DNA from: a virus
Taxonomy: Duplodnaviria; Caudoviricetes
DNA length: 29,931 nt
Virus record (IMG/VR): IMGVR_UViG_3300006103_000052
Coordinates: 1-29,931 of that record
Strand: one strand, 5' to 3'
Shown: positions 1-8,846 of the stretch, in pieces
How positions within the stretch are numbered: position 1 is the stretch's first letter
How the letters are laid out: the number at the start of each line of letters is the position of its first letter
Notes under the pieces: model-generated
The model's input: only the letters and a program-made list of their open reading frames with translations
Database searches by the model: none
What the model was told of the DNA's origin: nothing
Made by a program: the position numbers and the translations under genes

Positions 1-414
1 CAATCTAATACAGTTTATACCCAAATTGGTGCTGTTGGTGCAATTGGTTCATCTACAACCTATACAATTTCTGGCGGTGGCGGTGGTGGTGGTAACGGTG
101 GCGCTGGATATCTAACAAATAGCGGTTCTATGAGTTGGGGGACTACTGGAAGTCCATCAGTATCAATAATGGGTAAAGAATTGCAAATTACACCACAAGA
201 TAAAGGTGATGCAATTATTAGAACTAATCACAATGAAATAAACCTTGATAAATTGTATAAAACTGTTATGATGATTGCAGATAAGATGATGATTATCGCA
301 GATGATCCATATTTCACAGAAAAGTATCCTACGCTAAAGGATGCCTATGAACAATACCATACCCTATTAGAACTTTACAAGCAAGGAGAAGAGAGTGACA
401 ACGAGAAACTTTAG
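1..414 (+). CDS. Hypothetical protein, 5'-truncated, with Gly-rich segment
   Basis: The frame of ORF 130..414 is open back to base 1 (QSNTVYTQIG...SGGGGGGGNGGAG), so the true start lies outside the window. Confidence 0.7.
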   Translation, partial: QSNTVYTQIGAVGAIGSSTTYTISGGGGGGGNGGAGYLTNSGSMSWGTTGSPSVSIMGKELQITPQDKGDAIIRTNHNEINLDKLYKTVMMIADKMMIIADDPYFTEKYPTLKDAYEQYHTLLELYKQGEESDNEKL

Positions 415-664
415 TGCAGAGGAACGCACGAAACTTAAGCAATTGATGAGCGAAAGCATGTCTGTAATGACCGAAGTAGAGGTTTTGACAGGCGGACTTA
501 ATGATACTATTAGTGCTATCGCAGAAGAAATGAATATCAAGCCAAATCTGCTTAAGAAGGCAATTAAGATGGCACAGAAGCGTGACTTTGACAAGGCTCG
601 TGAAGACCTTGATATTATTGAAAGCATTCTTAACAGCACTAACAACTTGGATAACGAACAATAA
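395..664 (+). CDS. T4 DsbA-like / GapR-like small dsDNA-binding protein
   Basis: 89-aa all-helical pattern (LKQLMSE...LNDTISAIAEEMNIKPNLLKKAIKMAQK) resembles T4 DsbA. GTG start follows GGAG, and the stop overlaps the polymerase start. Confidence 0.6.
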   Translation: MTTRNFSAEERTKLKQLMSESMSVMTEVEVLTGGLNDTISAIAEEMNIKPNLLKKAIKMAQKRDFDKAREDLDIIESILNSTNNLDNEQ

Positions 665-3327
665 TGGCATATGTAGATGCACTACTCGACCGACAGAAAG
701 AAAAAGTATTCGTTGTTGAGCGAGTAGATGGTAAACGCATCTACAAAGACTATGACGTAGATTATATATTCTACTACGATGACCAAAATGGTTCGCATAA
801 GAGTATCTTTGATACGCCTGTTAAACTTGTAAAATGCCGTAGTAGCAAGGACTTTCGTAAAGAACTTGCTATTCACAGCAACAAGAAGATTTACGAAGCC
901 GATATTAATCCAATCTTTCGCTGTTTAGCCAACAACTATCTTGGCAAAGATTCACCACAACTTCAAACAGCCTTCTTCGATATCGAGACGGACTTTGATA
1001 GTGTCCGTGGATACAGCACCCCCGATGATCCATTCACCAAGATTACTGCTATTACAGTATATCTTGACTGGTTAGATCAGTTAATAACGCTTGCGCTACC
1101 TCCAAAGTCAATGACGATGGATGAAGCCAATGCTATCGCTGCTAAGTTTGAGAACACTTTCAACTTTGAAAGTGAAAGGGAATTATTGCTTACTTTTCTT
1201 GAACTTATCGATGATGCTGATGTGTTAAGTGGATGGAACAGCGAAGGATTTGATATTCCCTATACTGTTAATCGTGTTGCTCGTGTGCTGAGCAAGGATG
1301 ATACTCGTCGTTTCTGTCTTTGGGACCAGTTTCCTAAAGAACGTGAATACGAGAAGTATGGCAAGATGAGTAAGACATTTGACTTGGTAGGTCGTGTTCA
1401 TCTTGATTATATGGTGTTGTATCGCAAGTATACCTATGAAGAGCGCCATTCCTATAGCCTTGATGCCATTGGCGAATATGAATTGAATGAGCGTAAAACC
1501 GCATATGAAGGGTCTCTTGACCAGTTGTATAACCGTGATTACGAGACATTCCTTGCATACTCTCGTCAGGACGTTGCGCTTCTCAATAAACTAGATAAGA
1601 AACTTCGCTTCCTTGATCTAGCAAATGAAATTGCCCACGATAATACAGTGTTGCTGCAAACAACTATGGGCGCAGTAGCGGTGACGGATCAGGCAATTAT
1701 TAATGAAGCGCATCGTCGTGGCATGGTGGTTCCTAATCGTCGTCCACGTAGTGATGAAATCAATACTCAGGTTGCTGGTGCCTATGTTGCATATCCAAAG
1801 AAAGGATTGCATGATTGGATTGGCGCAATTGATATTAACTCACTGTATCCAAGTGTGATTCGTGCACTTAACATGGGTCCAGAAACTATTGTTGGACAGT
1901 TGCGTCCTGTTATGACAGATGCTCATCTTGCCGCTAAACTTGATGAAGGCAAAAGTATTGCCGCTGCATGGGAAGGACTATTTGCTTCCATTGAATACGA
2001 AGCAGTTATGCGCCGAGACATTGGTGTGGAAATTACAATTGAATGGGCAGATGGCAAGAGCGAAGTTTATAGTGCCGCACAGATATATGACATGATCTTT
2101 GACAACTATGCGCCATGGGCATTAAGTGCCAATGGAACTATCTTTAATCTTGAGCATCAGGGTATTATTCCAAGTTTGCTTGAGCGTTGGTATAGTGAGC
2201 GTAAAGAATTGCAAGCCAAGAAGAAAGATGCCAAGGATGCAAAGGAAATTGCGTTCTGGGATAAGCGTCAGTTGGTTAAGAAGATTAACTTGAACTCACT
2301 CTATGGCGCTATTCTTAACGCAGGCTGTCGCTTCTTTGACCAACGCATCGGTCAAAGCACTACGTTGTGTGGTCGCACGATTGCAAAGCATATGGATGCC
2401 ACCGTTAATCAGTTGATTATGGGAACATATGACCATCTTGGTGAAAGCATTATCTATGGTGATACCGATTCGGTATATTTCACTGCGTGGCCAGCAATTA
2501 AAGATGAAGTTGAAAGTGGGCGTATGGAATGGAACAAGGAAGTTTGTGTTCAACTATATGATTCCATTGGTGACCAAGTAAACTTAACCTTTCCAAAGTT
2601 CATGTATGAAGCATTTCATACTACACCAGAACTTGGTGCCATCATTAAGGGTGGTCGTGAACTTGTAGCATCTCGTGGATTGTTTATTACCAAGAAACGA
2701 TATGCAGTTCTTATCTATGATCTTGAAAACAAACGTCTTGATGTGGACGGCAAAACTGGCAAGATGAAGGCAATGGGGCTTGACCTTAAACGGTCGGATA
2801 CTCCAAAGGTTGTTCAAGACTTTCTTGCTGACATCTTGAAAAAAGTTTTAGATGGTGCAGGTCGTGAACAAATCATTGAAGAAGTTCGTCAGTTCAAATA
2901 TATCTTCAAAGACCTACCAAGTTGGGAAAAAGGAACACCAAAGCGTGTTAACAAACTTACCTATTATGGTGCGTTAGAAAAGAAGCAGGGTCGTGCTAAT
3001 ATGCCAGGTCACGTTCGTGCGGCGATTAACTGGAATAATCTCCGCAAAATGCACAGTGATTCTCGCTCAATTGAGATTACGGATGGTATGAAGACTATTG
3101 TATGTAAACTGCGTGATAATCCGCTTGGGTTAACCAGCATTGGCTATCCAACCGATGAATCACGTATTCCCCAATGGTTTAAGGATATGCCATTTGACCA
3201 AGACCTAATGGAAGATACAATCGTTACACAGAAGGTAGAAAATCTGCTTGACGTGTTGGATTGGGATATCACCAATACAACCAACATTACCAATACATTT
3301 ACTAGCCTATTTGCGTTTGAGGAATAA
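664..3327 (+). CDS. DNA polymerase, family B (T4 gp43-like), with 3'-5' exonuclease
   Basis: ExoI DIETD, ExoII WNSEGFDIPY and ExoIII YSRQDV. Polymerase motif A DINSLYPS, motif B KINLNSLYG and motif C YGDTDS. Confidence 0.97.
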   Translation: MAYVDALLDRQKEKVFVVERVDGKRIYKDYDVDYIFYYDDQNGSHKSIFDTPVKLVKCRSSKDFRKELAIHSNKKIYEADINPIFRCLANNYLGKDSPQLQTAFFDIETDFDSVRGYSTPDDPFTKITAITVYLDWLDQLITLALPPKSMTMDEANAIAAKFENTFNFESERELLLTFLELIDDADVLSGWNSEGFDIPYTVNRVARVLSKDDTRRFCLWDQFPKEREYEKYGKMSKTFDLVGRVHLDYMVLYRKYTYEERHSYSLDAIGEYELNERKTAYEGSLDQLYNRDYETFLAYSRQDVALLNKLDKKLRFLDLANEIAHDNTVLLQTTMGAVAVTDQAIINEAHRRGMVVPNRRPRSDEINTQVAGAYVAYPKKGLHDWIGAIDINSLYPSVIRALNMGPETIVGQLRPVMTDAHLAAKLDEGKSIAAAWEGLFASIEYEAVMRRDIGVEITIEWADGKSEVYSAAQIYDMIFDNYAPWALSANGTIFNLEHQGIIPSLLERWYSERKELQAKKKDAKDAKEIAFWDKRQLVKKINLNSLYGAILNAGCRFFDQRIGQSTTLCGRTIAKHMDATVNQLIMGTYDHLGESIIYGDTDSVYFTAWPAIKDEVESGRMEWNKEVCVQLYDSIGDQVNLTFPKFMYEAFHTTPELGAIIKGGRELVASRGLFITKKRYAVLIYDLENKRLDVDGKTGKMKAMGLDLKRSDTPKVVQDFLADILKKVLDGAGREQIIEEVRQFKYIFKDLPSWEKGTPKRVNKLTYYGALEKKQGRANMPGHVRAAINWNNLRKMHSDSRSIEITDGMKTIVCKLRDNPLGLTSIGYPTDESRIPQWFKDMPFDQDLMEDTIVTQKVENLLDVLDWDITNTTNITNTFTSLFAFEE

Positions 3328-3332
3328 TTGCC

Positions 3333-4178
3333 ATGGATATTACACAATCATTTGAAATGTATGAAGATATCATAAAACATCGTAGATTTTACGAAAGTTT
3401 TGGAACTGCGCATGGAAATTATACGAACACGCTACGAGCATTTGATAAACTATTGCTTGAATTGGATGATACTTTACAATATGCTAAAATGCGTATGTTG
3501 GCAAAAAGTCGGTTAATGACTGATAATTTGCTTATAAAAGATTTGGACATGCGCCGAGAATTTGTTACAATTAATAAACTTCATGAAGATGATGTTCAAA
3601 ATTTACTTGGAACAATTACCGCAAACATTGCACAAAATATACCTGTATTAGAATTATTTCCAGGCACTGGACAATTTTTACCGTATGCAGTAGCAGCAGA
3701 ACCACTTTATATTGCAGATCGTTATATGGAGATTTGTGATGAAGCAGGAAATATATTACAAAATGATTTCTATGAAAATCGTAGACTGTTAAAATATACA
3801 GTAAATGATTATGATGTATCACATCTTCCCCAAGAATCATTTGGACTAGTTTATTGTTTCAATGAATTTTTCTATTGCGATGAATGGTATATTCATACAT
3901 GGGCAAAAGAAATTTACAAGTTGTTATACAGTGGTGGGAAATTTATCTTTAATTTTATTCCACATGATGAGGCATGGGCAATACGATATAATATTAATCT
4001 AGATTTTGGTGTAATTGATTATAAAAATTTAATCAATGAATTAGTAAAATTAGGTTTTGAATTAGACAGTTATAAGATTCAACAAGCACGTAGTAGTTAT
4101 ATTATCGTTAAGAAGCCAGGCGATGTTCCACCTAGAATAAAAATAAGTGGTAGTGTTGCAGAAATAGTTGACATCTAA
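3333..4178 (+). CDS. Class I SAM-dependent methyltransferase-like protein
   Basis: Motif I-like VLELFPGTGQF, then LPQESFGLVYC and LLYSGGKFIFN, which are typical of the class I methyltransferase fold. Confidence 0.7.
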   Translation: MDITQSFEMYEDIIKHRRFYESFGTAHGNYTNTLRAFDKLLLELDDTLQYAKMRMLAKSRLMTDNLLIKDLDMRREFVTINKLHEDDVQNLLGTITANIAQNIPVLELFPGTGQFLPYAVAAEPLYIADRYMEICDEAGNILQNDFYENRRLLKYTVNDYDVSHLPQESFGLVYCFNEFFYCDEWYIHTWAKEIYKLLYSGGKFIFNFIPHDEAWAIRYNINLDFGVIDYKNLINELVKLGFELDSYKIQQARSSYIIVKKPGDVPPRIKISGSVAEIVDI

Positions 4179-4196
4179 TCAAACATTTAGTATAAT
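4168..4196 (+). promoter_or_regulatory. Consensus sigma70 promoter
   Basis: TTGACA (4168-4173), 17-nt spacer, TATAAT (4191-4196), upstream of the ORF at 4217. Confidence 0.85.
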
Positions 4197-4216
4197 CAAA
4201 GAAAAGGTAAAAACAC

Positions 4217-4945
4217 ATGAAAGATTTTCTCACAGATATCGTTGCGCATACACAAGCACTTGGCGTTATCGATACGATCAAGGTAACTGGCACGGACCAA
4301 AGCACGGTTATTGAAAGCGTAAGCGATGACCGCAGCGTTATTCTTAATGCAACATTTAACACTGTTAATGCAGCATTTAGCGGTGTATTCGGTATGCCAA
4401 ATTTGACAAAACTCAATACTATTATTAACATTCCTGAATATAAAGAGAATGAAACAATTACAGTGGTAACTCAACCTCGTAATGGCGATGTTGTTCCAGT
4501 TGGTTTGCATTTTGAAAATGCTGCAGGTGATTTCAAGAACGATTATCGTTTTATGACAACTGAAACTGTCAATGAAAAGTTGAAGACTGTTAAGTTTAAG
4601 GGTGCCAATTGGAATATTACCATGCAGCCAAGCGTTACCAACATTCAACGCCTTAAGTTTCAAAGTCAGGCAAACAGCGAAGAAAAGATGTTTACCGTAA
4701 AGACCGAAGGCACCGATCTAAAATTCTATTTTGGTGACCATTCAACTCATGCTGGTAACTTTGTATTCCAAAGTGGTATTAGCGGCAAACTTACCAAGAA
4801 TTGGTCGTGGCCAGTTGGTTTATTCTTATCAATCCTTAATCTTCATGGCGATAAGAGTATTCAGTTTAGTGATGATGGCGTAGCCAAAATTACTGTTGAC
4901 AGCGGTCTTATTAAGTATGAATATCTTCTACCCGCAAAGGCATAA
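4217..4945 (+). CDS. Probable DNA sliding clamp (gp45-like processivity factor)
   Basis: 242 aa with a two-domain alpha/beta pattern and C-terminal strand IKYEYLLP. Lies near the PolB gene, whose product ends in a clamp-binding-like peptide (TSLFAF). Inference from size, pattern and context. Confidence 0.65.
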   Translation: MKDFLTDIVAHTQALGVIDTIKVTGTDQSTVIESVSDDRSVILNATFNTVNAAFSGVFGMPNLTKLNTIINIPEYKENETITVVTQPRNGDVVPVGLHFENAAGDFKNDYRFMTTETVNEKLKTVKFKGANWNITMQPSVTNIQRLKFQSQANSEEKMFTVKTEGTDLKFYFGDHSTHAGNFVFQSGISGKLTKNWSWPVGLFLSILNLHGDKSIQFSDDGVAKITVDSGLIKYEYLLPAKA

Positions 4946-4948
4946 TCA

Positions 4949-5242
4949 ATGTTAGAACCTAGTGATAAAGCAGTATTTCTTGAATGTGAATGTCATGCAC
5001 CAGAACATATTATTCGTGTAACAGTATTTGATTGGGATGATGTGGCACCTGATTTTATCATTGAAATTCAGGCACATAATTGGAAGAATTTTTTTAAACG
5101 TTGCTGGTCAGCCTTAAAATATATTTTTGGAACAGAATTGGTGTGGGACGATGTATATTTGACCGAAAAAAGTGTGATACGTCTCCAAGATGCTATAAAT
5201 CATTATAATAATTTACTTGACAAAGATAAGAAACTAGTCTAA
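4949..5242 (+). CDS. Hypothetical protein (CxCH motif)
   Basis: 97-aa ORF 3 nt after the previous stop. Contains FLECECH. Confidence 0.7.
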   Translation: MLEPSDKAVFLECECHAPEHIIRVTVFDWDDVAPDFIIEIQAHNWKNFFKRCWSALKYIFGTELVWDDVYLTEKSVIRLQDAINHYNNLLDKDKKLV

Positions 5243-5245
5243 TAT
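5217..5245 (+). promoter_or_regulatory. Sigma70-like promoter
   Basis: TTGACA (5217-5222), 17-nt spacer, TAATAT (5240-5245). Confidence 0.6.
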
Positions 5246-5310
5246 AAAAACTATGGCACTGGCAAGTCGTCCATAATAATATTAACCTCTAATAAAAAAG
5301 AGAAAAACGA

Positions 5311-5529
5311 ATGATTAATAATTCAAATGTAGCCCGTGTTTTCCGTGATTTGGAGAACTATCGTGATTTCTGCCGAGACTATGGATACAGGTTTGATGAA
5401 AGCGACCTTTACCGTCGTAATACACCATTCAACCAGTTTGAAAAACTGCGTCGTAATGAATATGTAAAAAATAATTGGGACGTGGATGCTGCTGTATTTG
5501 CAGAGCGTCCTCAGTCAACTGCTCACTAA
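5311..5529 (+). CDS. Hypothetical phage protein
   Basis: 72-aa ORF downstream of a promoter with a purine-rich leader. Confidence 0.75.
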   Translation: MINNSNVARVFRDLENYRDFCRDYGYRFDESDLYRRNTPFNQFEKLRRNEYVKNNWDVDAAVFAERPQSTAH

Positions 5530-5545
5530 TTAACGGGACTTGCCA

Positions 5546-5812
5546 GTGCCAAATCTAGATACGTCATTTTACAATAAAGATGAATCTAAGATAGCAAGGT
5601 TTCCACTTGCATCGTTAAACGGTGGGCCTAGATATGGGCTGTGGAACAAGCGTAGCATAGCAATGCAACAATTAAAAGAGATTTTTAATCGTTATGGACT
5701 ACGCAATGGTCAAGATTATGTGTTTCTTCAACTTGATAATGGTAAGGAATTACCTGTTATGTTTGCTGATGAAGAACATGTAAGTTTTTTTATGTTGGCA
5801 TATGCATGTTAA
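5546..5812 (+). CDS. Hypothetical protein, probable paralogue of the next ORF
   Basis: GTG at 5546 follows GGGA (ORF track starts at TTG 5540). Contains GLRNGQDYVFL. Confidence 0.7.
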   Translation: MPNLDTSFYNKDESKIARFPLASLNGGPRYGLWNKRSIAMQQLKEIFNRYGLRNGQDYVFLQLDNGKELPVMFADEEHVSFFMLAYAC

Positions 5813-6102
5813 AAAAACCCCTCATACTTGAATTTCCAAGCAAAGCACTTACTGATAGAACCAGATACAATACTGGACCAGAATACAACGGAGAAGGCGG
5901 TGCACTCAACGCCAACTATCAGGATGTAGAAGCTGCTTGTATTATCTGCAATGCCTTGGGCGAAGCAGGTTACCGATATGGTGAAGATTTTTCATTTTTA
6001 ACTTGCGGTTTAGACAAGGTTCATATACAATTTCATAATAATGAAGCAGCAGCGTTTGCTGCCATGAAATTACCTATGCAAAGAGAGAAGTATAATGATT
6101 AG
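5806..6102 (+). CDS. Hypothetical protein, probable paralogue of the previous ORF
   Basis: Overlaps both neighbours. Contains GYRYGEDFSFL. Confidence 0.7.
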   Translation: MLKKPLILEFPSKALTDRTRYNTGPEYNGEGGALNANYQDVEAACIICNALGEAGYRYGEDFSFLTCGLDKVHIQFHNNEAAAFAAMKLPMQREKYND

Positions 6103-6442
6103 TGAAGAAAGAATTTGGGGACATTTTACAATCCTATATGATACTGGCAATGTTAAAGTAAAACAACTGGTTGTAAAACCAAGCCATTGCTTGAGTTATC
6201 AAAAGCACAGCAAGCGCAGTGAGTTTTGGGTTGTGCAAAGTGGTGTTGCCAGAGTTGTTACAAATCATAGCGATACAATGTATAATGACCGAACCGAAGT
6301 TTTACAGGCAAATGAAACTATTAAAATTCCAGTTGGTAACTGGCACCAAGTTATTAATATTGGCAAGGAACCACTTGTTATTATTGAAACACAATATGGC
6401 GAGGCTTGTAGAGAAGATGATATTGAAAGGCGATTCCAATGA
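6095..6442 (+). CDS. Stand-alone cupin, mannose-6-phosphate isomerase type II C-terminal-like
   Basis: RIWGHF, LSYQKHSKRSEFWVV, IPVGNWHQVIN and IIETQYG...EDDIER match the PMI cupin domain of ManC-type proteins. Confidence 0.88.
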   Translation: MISEERIWGHFTILYDTGNVKVKQLVVKPSHCLSYQKHSKRSEFWVVQSGVARVVTNHSDTMYNDRTEVLQANETIKIPVGNWHQVINIGKEPLVIIETQYGEACREDDIERRFQ

Positions 6443-6741
6443 AGTTGTTTGATAAGTGGTTTCAAAAACAAGCAAAGAGGGCTTGGGAAGCAGAACAAAA
6501 AGCACAGCACAACTTGATTTATACTGGTGAGAATTCAAGATTAATAAATTCAAACAAAATTGGTGCCGATGGTATCAATATGAAACTACATGTTGCCAAT
6601 GGTGGTTACATTGTAGAGTTTCATCGGTATGATGATCGTAAAGATCGTGGTCTTAATGAACTTCATGTTATCAATGATAGTGAAGAACTAGGTGAGCGGT
6701 TAAGTGAAATCATCGTTCAATACATTTTGAGTAGTCGCTAA
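6439..6741 (+). CDS. Hypothetical phage protein
   Basis: 100-aa ORF with an ATGA overlap to the cupin gene. Contains ANGGYIVEF. Confidence 0.75.
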   Translation: MKLFDKWFQKQAKRAWEAEQKAQHNLIYTGENSRLINSNKIGADGINMKLHVANGGYIVEFHRYDDRKDRGLNELHVINDSEELGERLSEIIVQYILSSR

Positions 6742-6980
6742 TGACCGAAGAAGAATTTTTAGAGATTGACATTACCGAAGAAGAAGTTGAATATCTTATA
6801 TTAAAATACATTAGGGATCAAACTGCATTAGGCAGAGACAAGATTCCTATTGCTGAAATCTATGAGTATCTGGAAACTGAAGCACCAGAAATTGAAGATT
6901 TAGAAGAAACTTATGCGGTGTTAACCGGCAATGCTGAACAAGTTATTGCGGAATTTGAAGCGAAAAATAGATTAAATTAA
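6741..6980 (+). CDS. Hypothetical acidic protein
   Basis: 79-aa Glu-rich ORF with a TAATG overlap. Confidence 0.7.
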   Translation: MTEEEFLEIDITEEEVEYLILKYIRDQTALGRDKIPIAEIYEYLETEAPEIEDLEETYAVLTGNAEQVIAEFEAKNRLN

Positions 6981-6983
6981 CCC

Positions 6984-7011
6984 TTGACAAAGCCAATAAA
7001 TATGTTATATT
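6984..7011 (+). promoter_or_regulatory. Repeated phage promoter (TTGACA-N16-TATATT, extended -10)
   Basis: TTGACA 6984-6989, TG-n-TATATT with the hexamer at 7006-7011, then GGAG RBS. Confidence 0.8.
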
Positions 7012-7036
7012 GGTTATAGTCAATTGGAGAACCACC

Positions 7037-7339
7037 ATGCGTAAGACCCTAGCAATCCTACTTGCAGCCGCAACATTAATTTCAGCAACGGCAGCGCATG
7101 CCGAATGGCGTGATCGTCGTGATTATGGTCATTATCATGGTGGTGGCGGTGGTAACAATTGGGTTGCTCCGATGGTTGGTGGTCTTATTATCGGTGGTAT
7201 TTTGGGCGGCATGGCTGAACAAAACCAACAGCAGTATTATGGTCAACCATATCAACCACAGGTATTTTGCCGCCTTGAACCAGTATATGATCAATGGGGC
7301 AACTATATGGGTCGCCAGAAACGCTGCTATCAACAATAA
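7037..7339 (+). CDS. Small secreted or membrane protein (signal peptide, Gly-zipper, two Cys)
   Basis: ATG 7037 after GGAG. MRKTLAILLAAATLISATAAHA looks like a signal peptide with an AxA site. GGLIIGGILGG segment and C-terminal Cys pair. Confidence 0.8.
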   Translation: MRKTLAILLAAATLISATAAHAEWRDRRDYGHYHGGGGGNNWVAPMVGGLIIGGILGGMAEQNQQQYYGQPYQPQVFCRLEPVYDQWGNYMGRQKRCYQQ

Positions 7340-7347
7340 GGTATAAT

Positions 7348-7806
7348 ATGGGATTCCTCGATAAATTATTTGGTAAATCAAAAAATAACGACGCTGACGC
7401 CACTACTGTAATAGTAAGCGCACCACCAGCCTCTACTCAAACTAGTGAAGCACCAAAGCCCAAGAAACCACGTAAGCCTCGTGTTAAAAAGGTTGTTGAG
7501 GAACCTGTTGTAAAAACTCAACCAGAAGTTGAACCAGAAGTTCGTGTTCTTAAGTTTGACTTTGATCCTGCTAATCCACAAGTTGGAAGTATGGAACTTG
7601 ATTGGAATGCAGAGTTTATTGAAATGCTACGCCAGAATGGCTACAATGGCGTCAATCCAGAAGCACTTGTAGATGCGTGGTTAAATGATGTTGCTCGTAA
7701 CATTCTTGCAAGCAATCCACCACCAGCCAATCCGCCAACAACCACAGATGGCTCTCGCTATGTAAATCGTCGTGATGTTGGCGATGGTCGCAGCGAAATA
7801 AGTTAA
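7348..7806 (+). CDS. Hypothetical phage protein with basic/Pro-rich linker
   Basis: Probable start ATG 7348 (MGFLDKLFGK) after AAGG. Contains KPKKPRKPRVKK and a globular ELDWNAEF domain. Confidence 0.75.
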   Translation: MGFLDKLFGKSKNNDADATTVIVSAPPASTQTSEAPKPKKPRKPRVKKVVEEPVVKTQPEVEPEVRVLKFDFDPANPQVGSMELDWNAEFIEMLRQNGYNGVNPEALVDAWLNDVARNILASNPPPANPPTTTDGSRYVNRRDVGDGRSEIS

Positions 7807-7809
7807 TAC

Positions 7810-7838
7810 TTGACAATCCTCCAATAAGAGACTATATT
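7810..7838 (+). promoter_or_regulatory. Sigma70-like promoter, likely giving a leaderless mRNA
   Basis: TTGACA 7810-7815, 17-nt spacer, TATATT 7833-7838. The ATG begins at 7845 with no SD. Confidence 0.7.
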
Positions 7839-7844
7839 AGTATC

Positions 7845-8846
7845 ATGAAATATCTTCTCGTAGATACAGCAAATCTATTCGCACGTGCACGTCACAGTGT
7901 TCCTCGTGGTGCAGATACATGGACCAAACTTGGTCTTGCACTACATATTACCTTTACAGGGCTTCTCAAGGTTCATCGCTTGCATAAGCCTGACCATATT
8001 ATATTTGCACTTGAGGCTCGTAGTTGGCGCAAGGATCACAATACAACCTATAAGGCAAATCGTCAGGTTGTTAAGAACAAGATGAGCGTTCGTGAAGCCG
8101 AAGAAGATGCAGAGTTTTGGGAAGTATATGCAGAGTTTACCAAGTGGATTGATGAACGCACTAATTGCAGTGTTATTCGTGTAGAACGAGCAGAAGCAGA
8201 TGATGTTATTGCTCGTTGGACTGCACTTCACCCTAATGATGAACATATTATCTTTAGCAATGACAGCGACTTTCACCAGTTGTTAAGCGACAAGGTTACC
8301 ATTTATAATGGGTTAACCAATAACTATATTACCCTAGAAGGTTTCTTTGATGACAATGGCAAGCCTGTTGTTGATAAGAAAACCAAAGAACGCAAGACCG
8401 TTGGTGATCCTAAGTTTGTACTATTTGAAAAGTGTATGCGTGGCGATCCTACTGACCATATCATGAGTGCTTATCCTGGTGTTCGCAGCAAAGGAACCAA
8501 GAAGAAGGTTGGACTAGAAGAAGCATATGCTGACCGCAGCCGTAAGGGTTATGCATGGAACAATATGATGTTGCAGCGGTGGGTTGACCATAATGGTGTA
8601 GAACATCGTGTGCTTGACCGTTATGAAGAGAACCGTGTCCTTGTTGACCTTACTGCTCAACCAGAAGATATTCGCAATGCAATCGATGTGGCGTTGCTCG
8701 CAGTAGAACCAAAAACCAAATCACAGATTGGCACACAGTTGATCAAATTCTGTGCAAAATATGAACTCAATCGGATAAGTGAAAGCGTTACATCACTTGC
8801 CGACATTTTAAGCAAATCACTTGTAAAGGATACCACACATGCGTAA
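7845..8846 (+). CDS. RNase H / 5'-3' exonuclease (T4 rnh, FEN-like family)
   Basis: YLLVDTANL, SWRK..YKANR, EADDVIA, SNDSDFHQL and H3TH motif RGDPTD..PGV. Confidence 0.92.
   Translation: MKYLLVDTANLFARARHSVPRGADTWTKLGLALHITFTGLLKVHRLHKPDHIIFALEARSWRKDHNTTYKANRQVVKNKMSVREAEEDAEFWEVYAEFTKWIDERTNCSVIRVERAEADDVIARWTALHPNDEHIIFSNDSDFHQLLSDKVTIYNGLTNNYITLEGFFDDNGKPVVDKKTKERKTVGDPKFVLFEKCMRGDPTDHIMSAYPGVRSKGTKKKVGLEEAYADRSRKGYAWNNMMLQRWVDHNGVEHRVLDRYEENRVLVDLTAQPEDIRNAIDVALLAVEPKTKSQIGTQLIKFCAKYELNRISESVTSLADILSKSLVKDTTHA

Noticed and set aside
73-103. GGT/GGC repeat
   Set aside because: It simply encodes a poly-Gly linker in the truncated first ORF.
664-3327. Intein or intron in the polymerase
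   Set aside because: The ORF is continuous at 887 aa with normal motif spacing and no splicing or homing-endonuclease motifs.
5252-5275. Small hairpin in the leader of the ORF at 5311 (TATGG...CCATA)
   Set aside because: The stem is short and imperfect, which is not enough to call a regulatory RNA.
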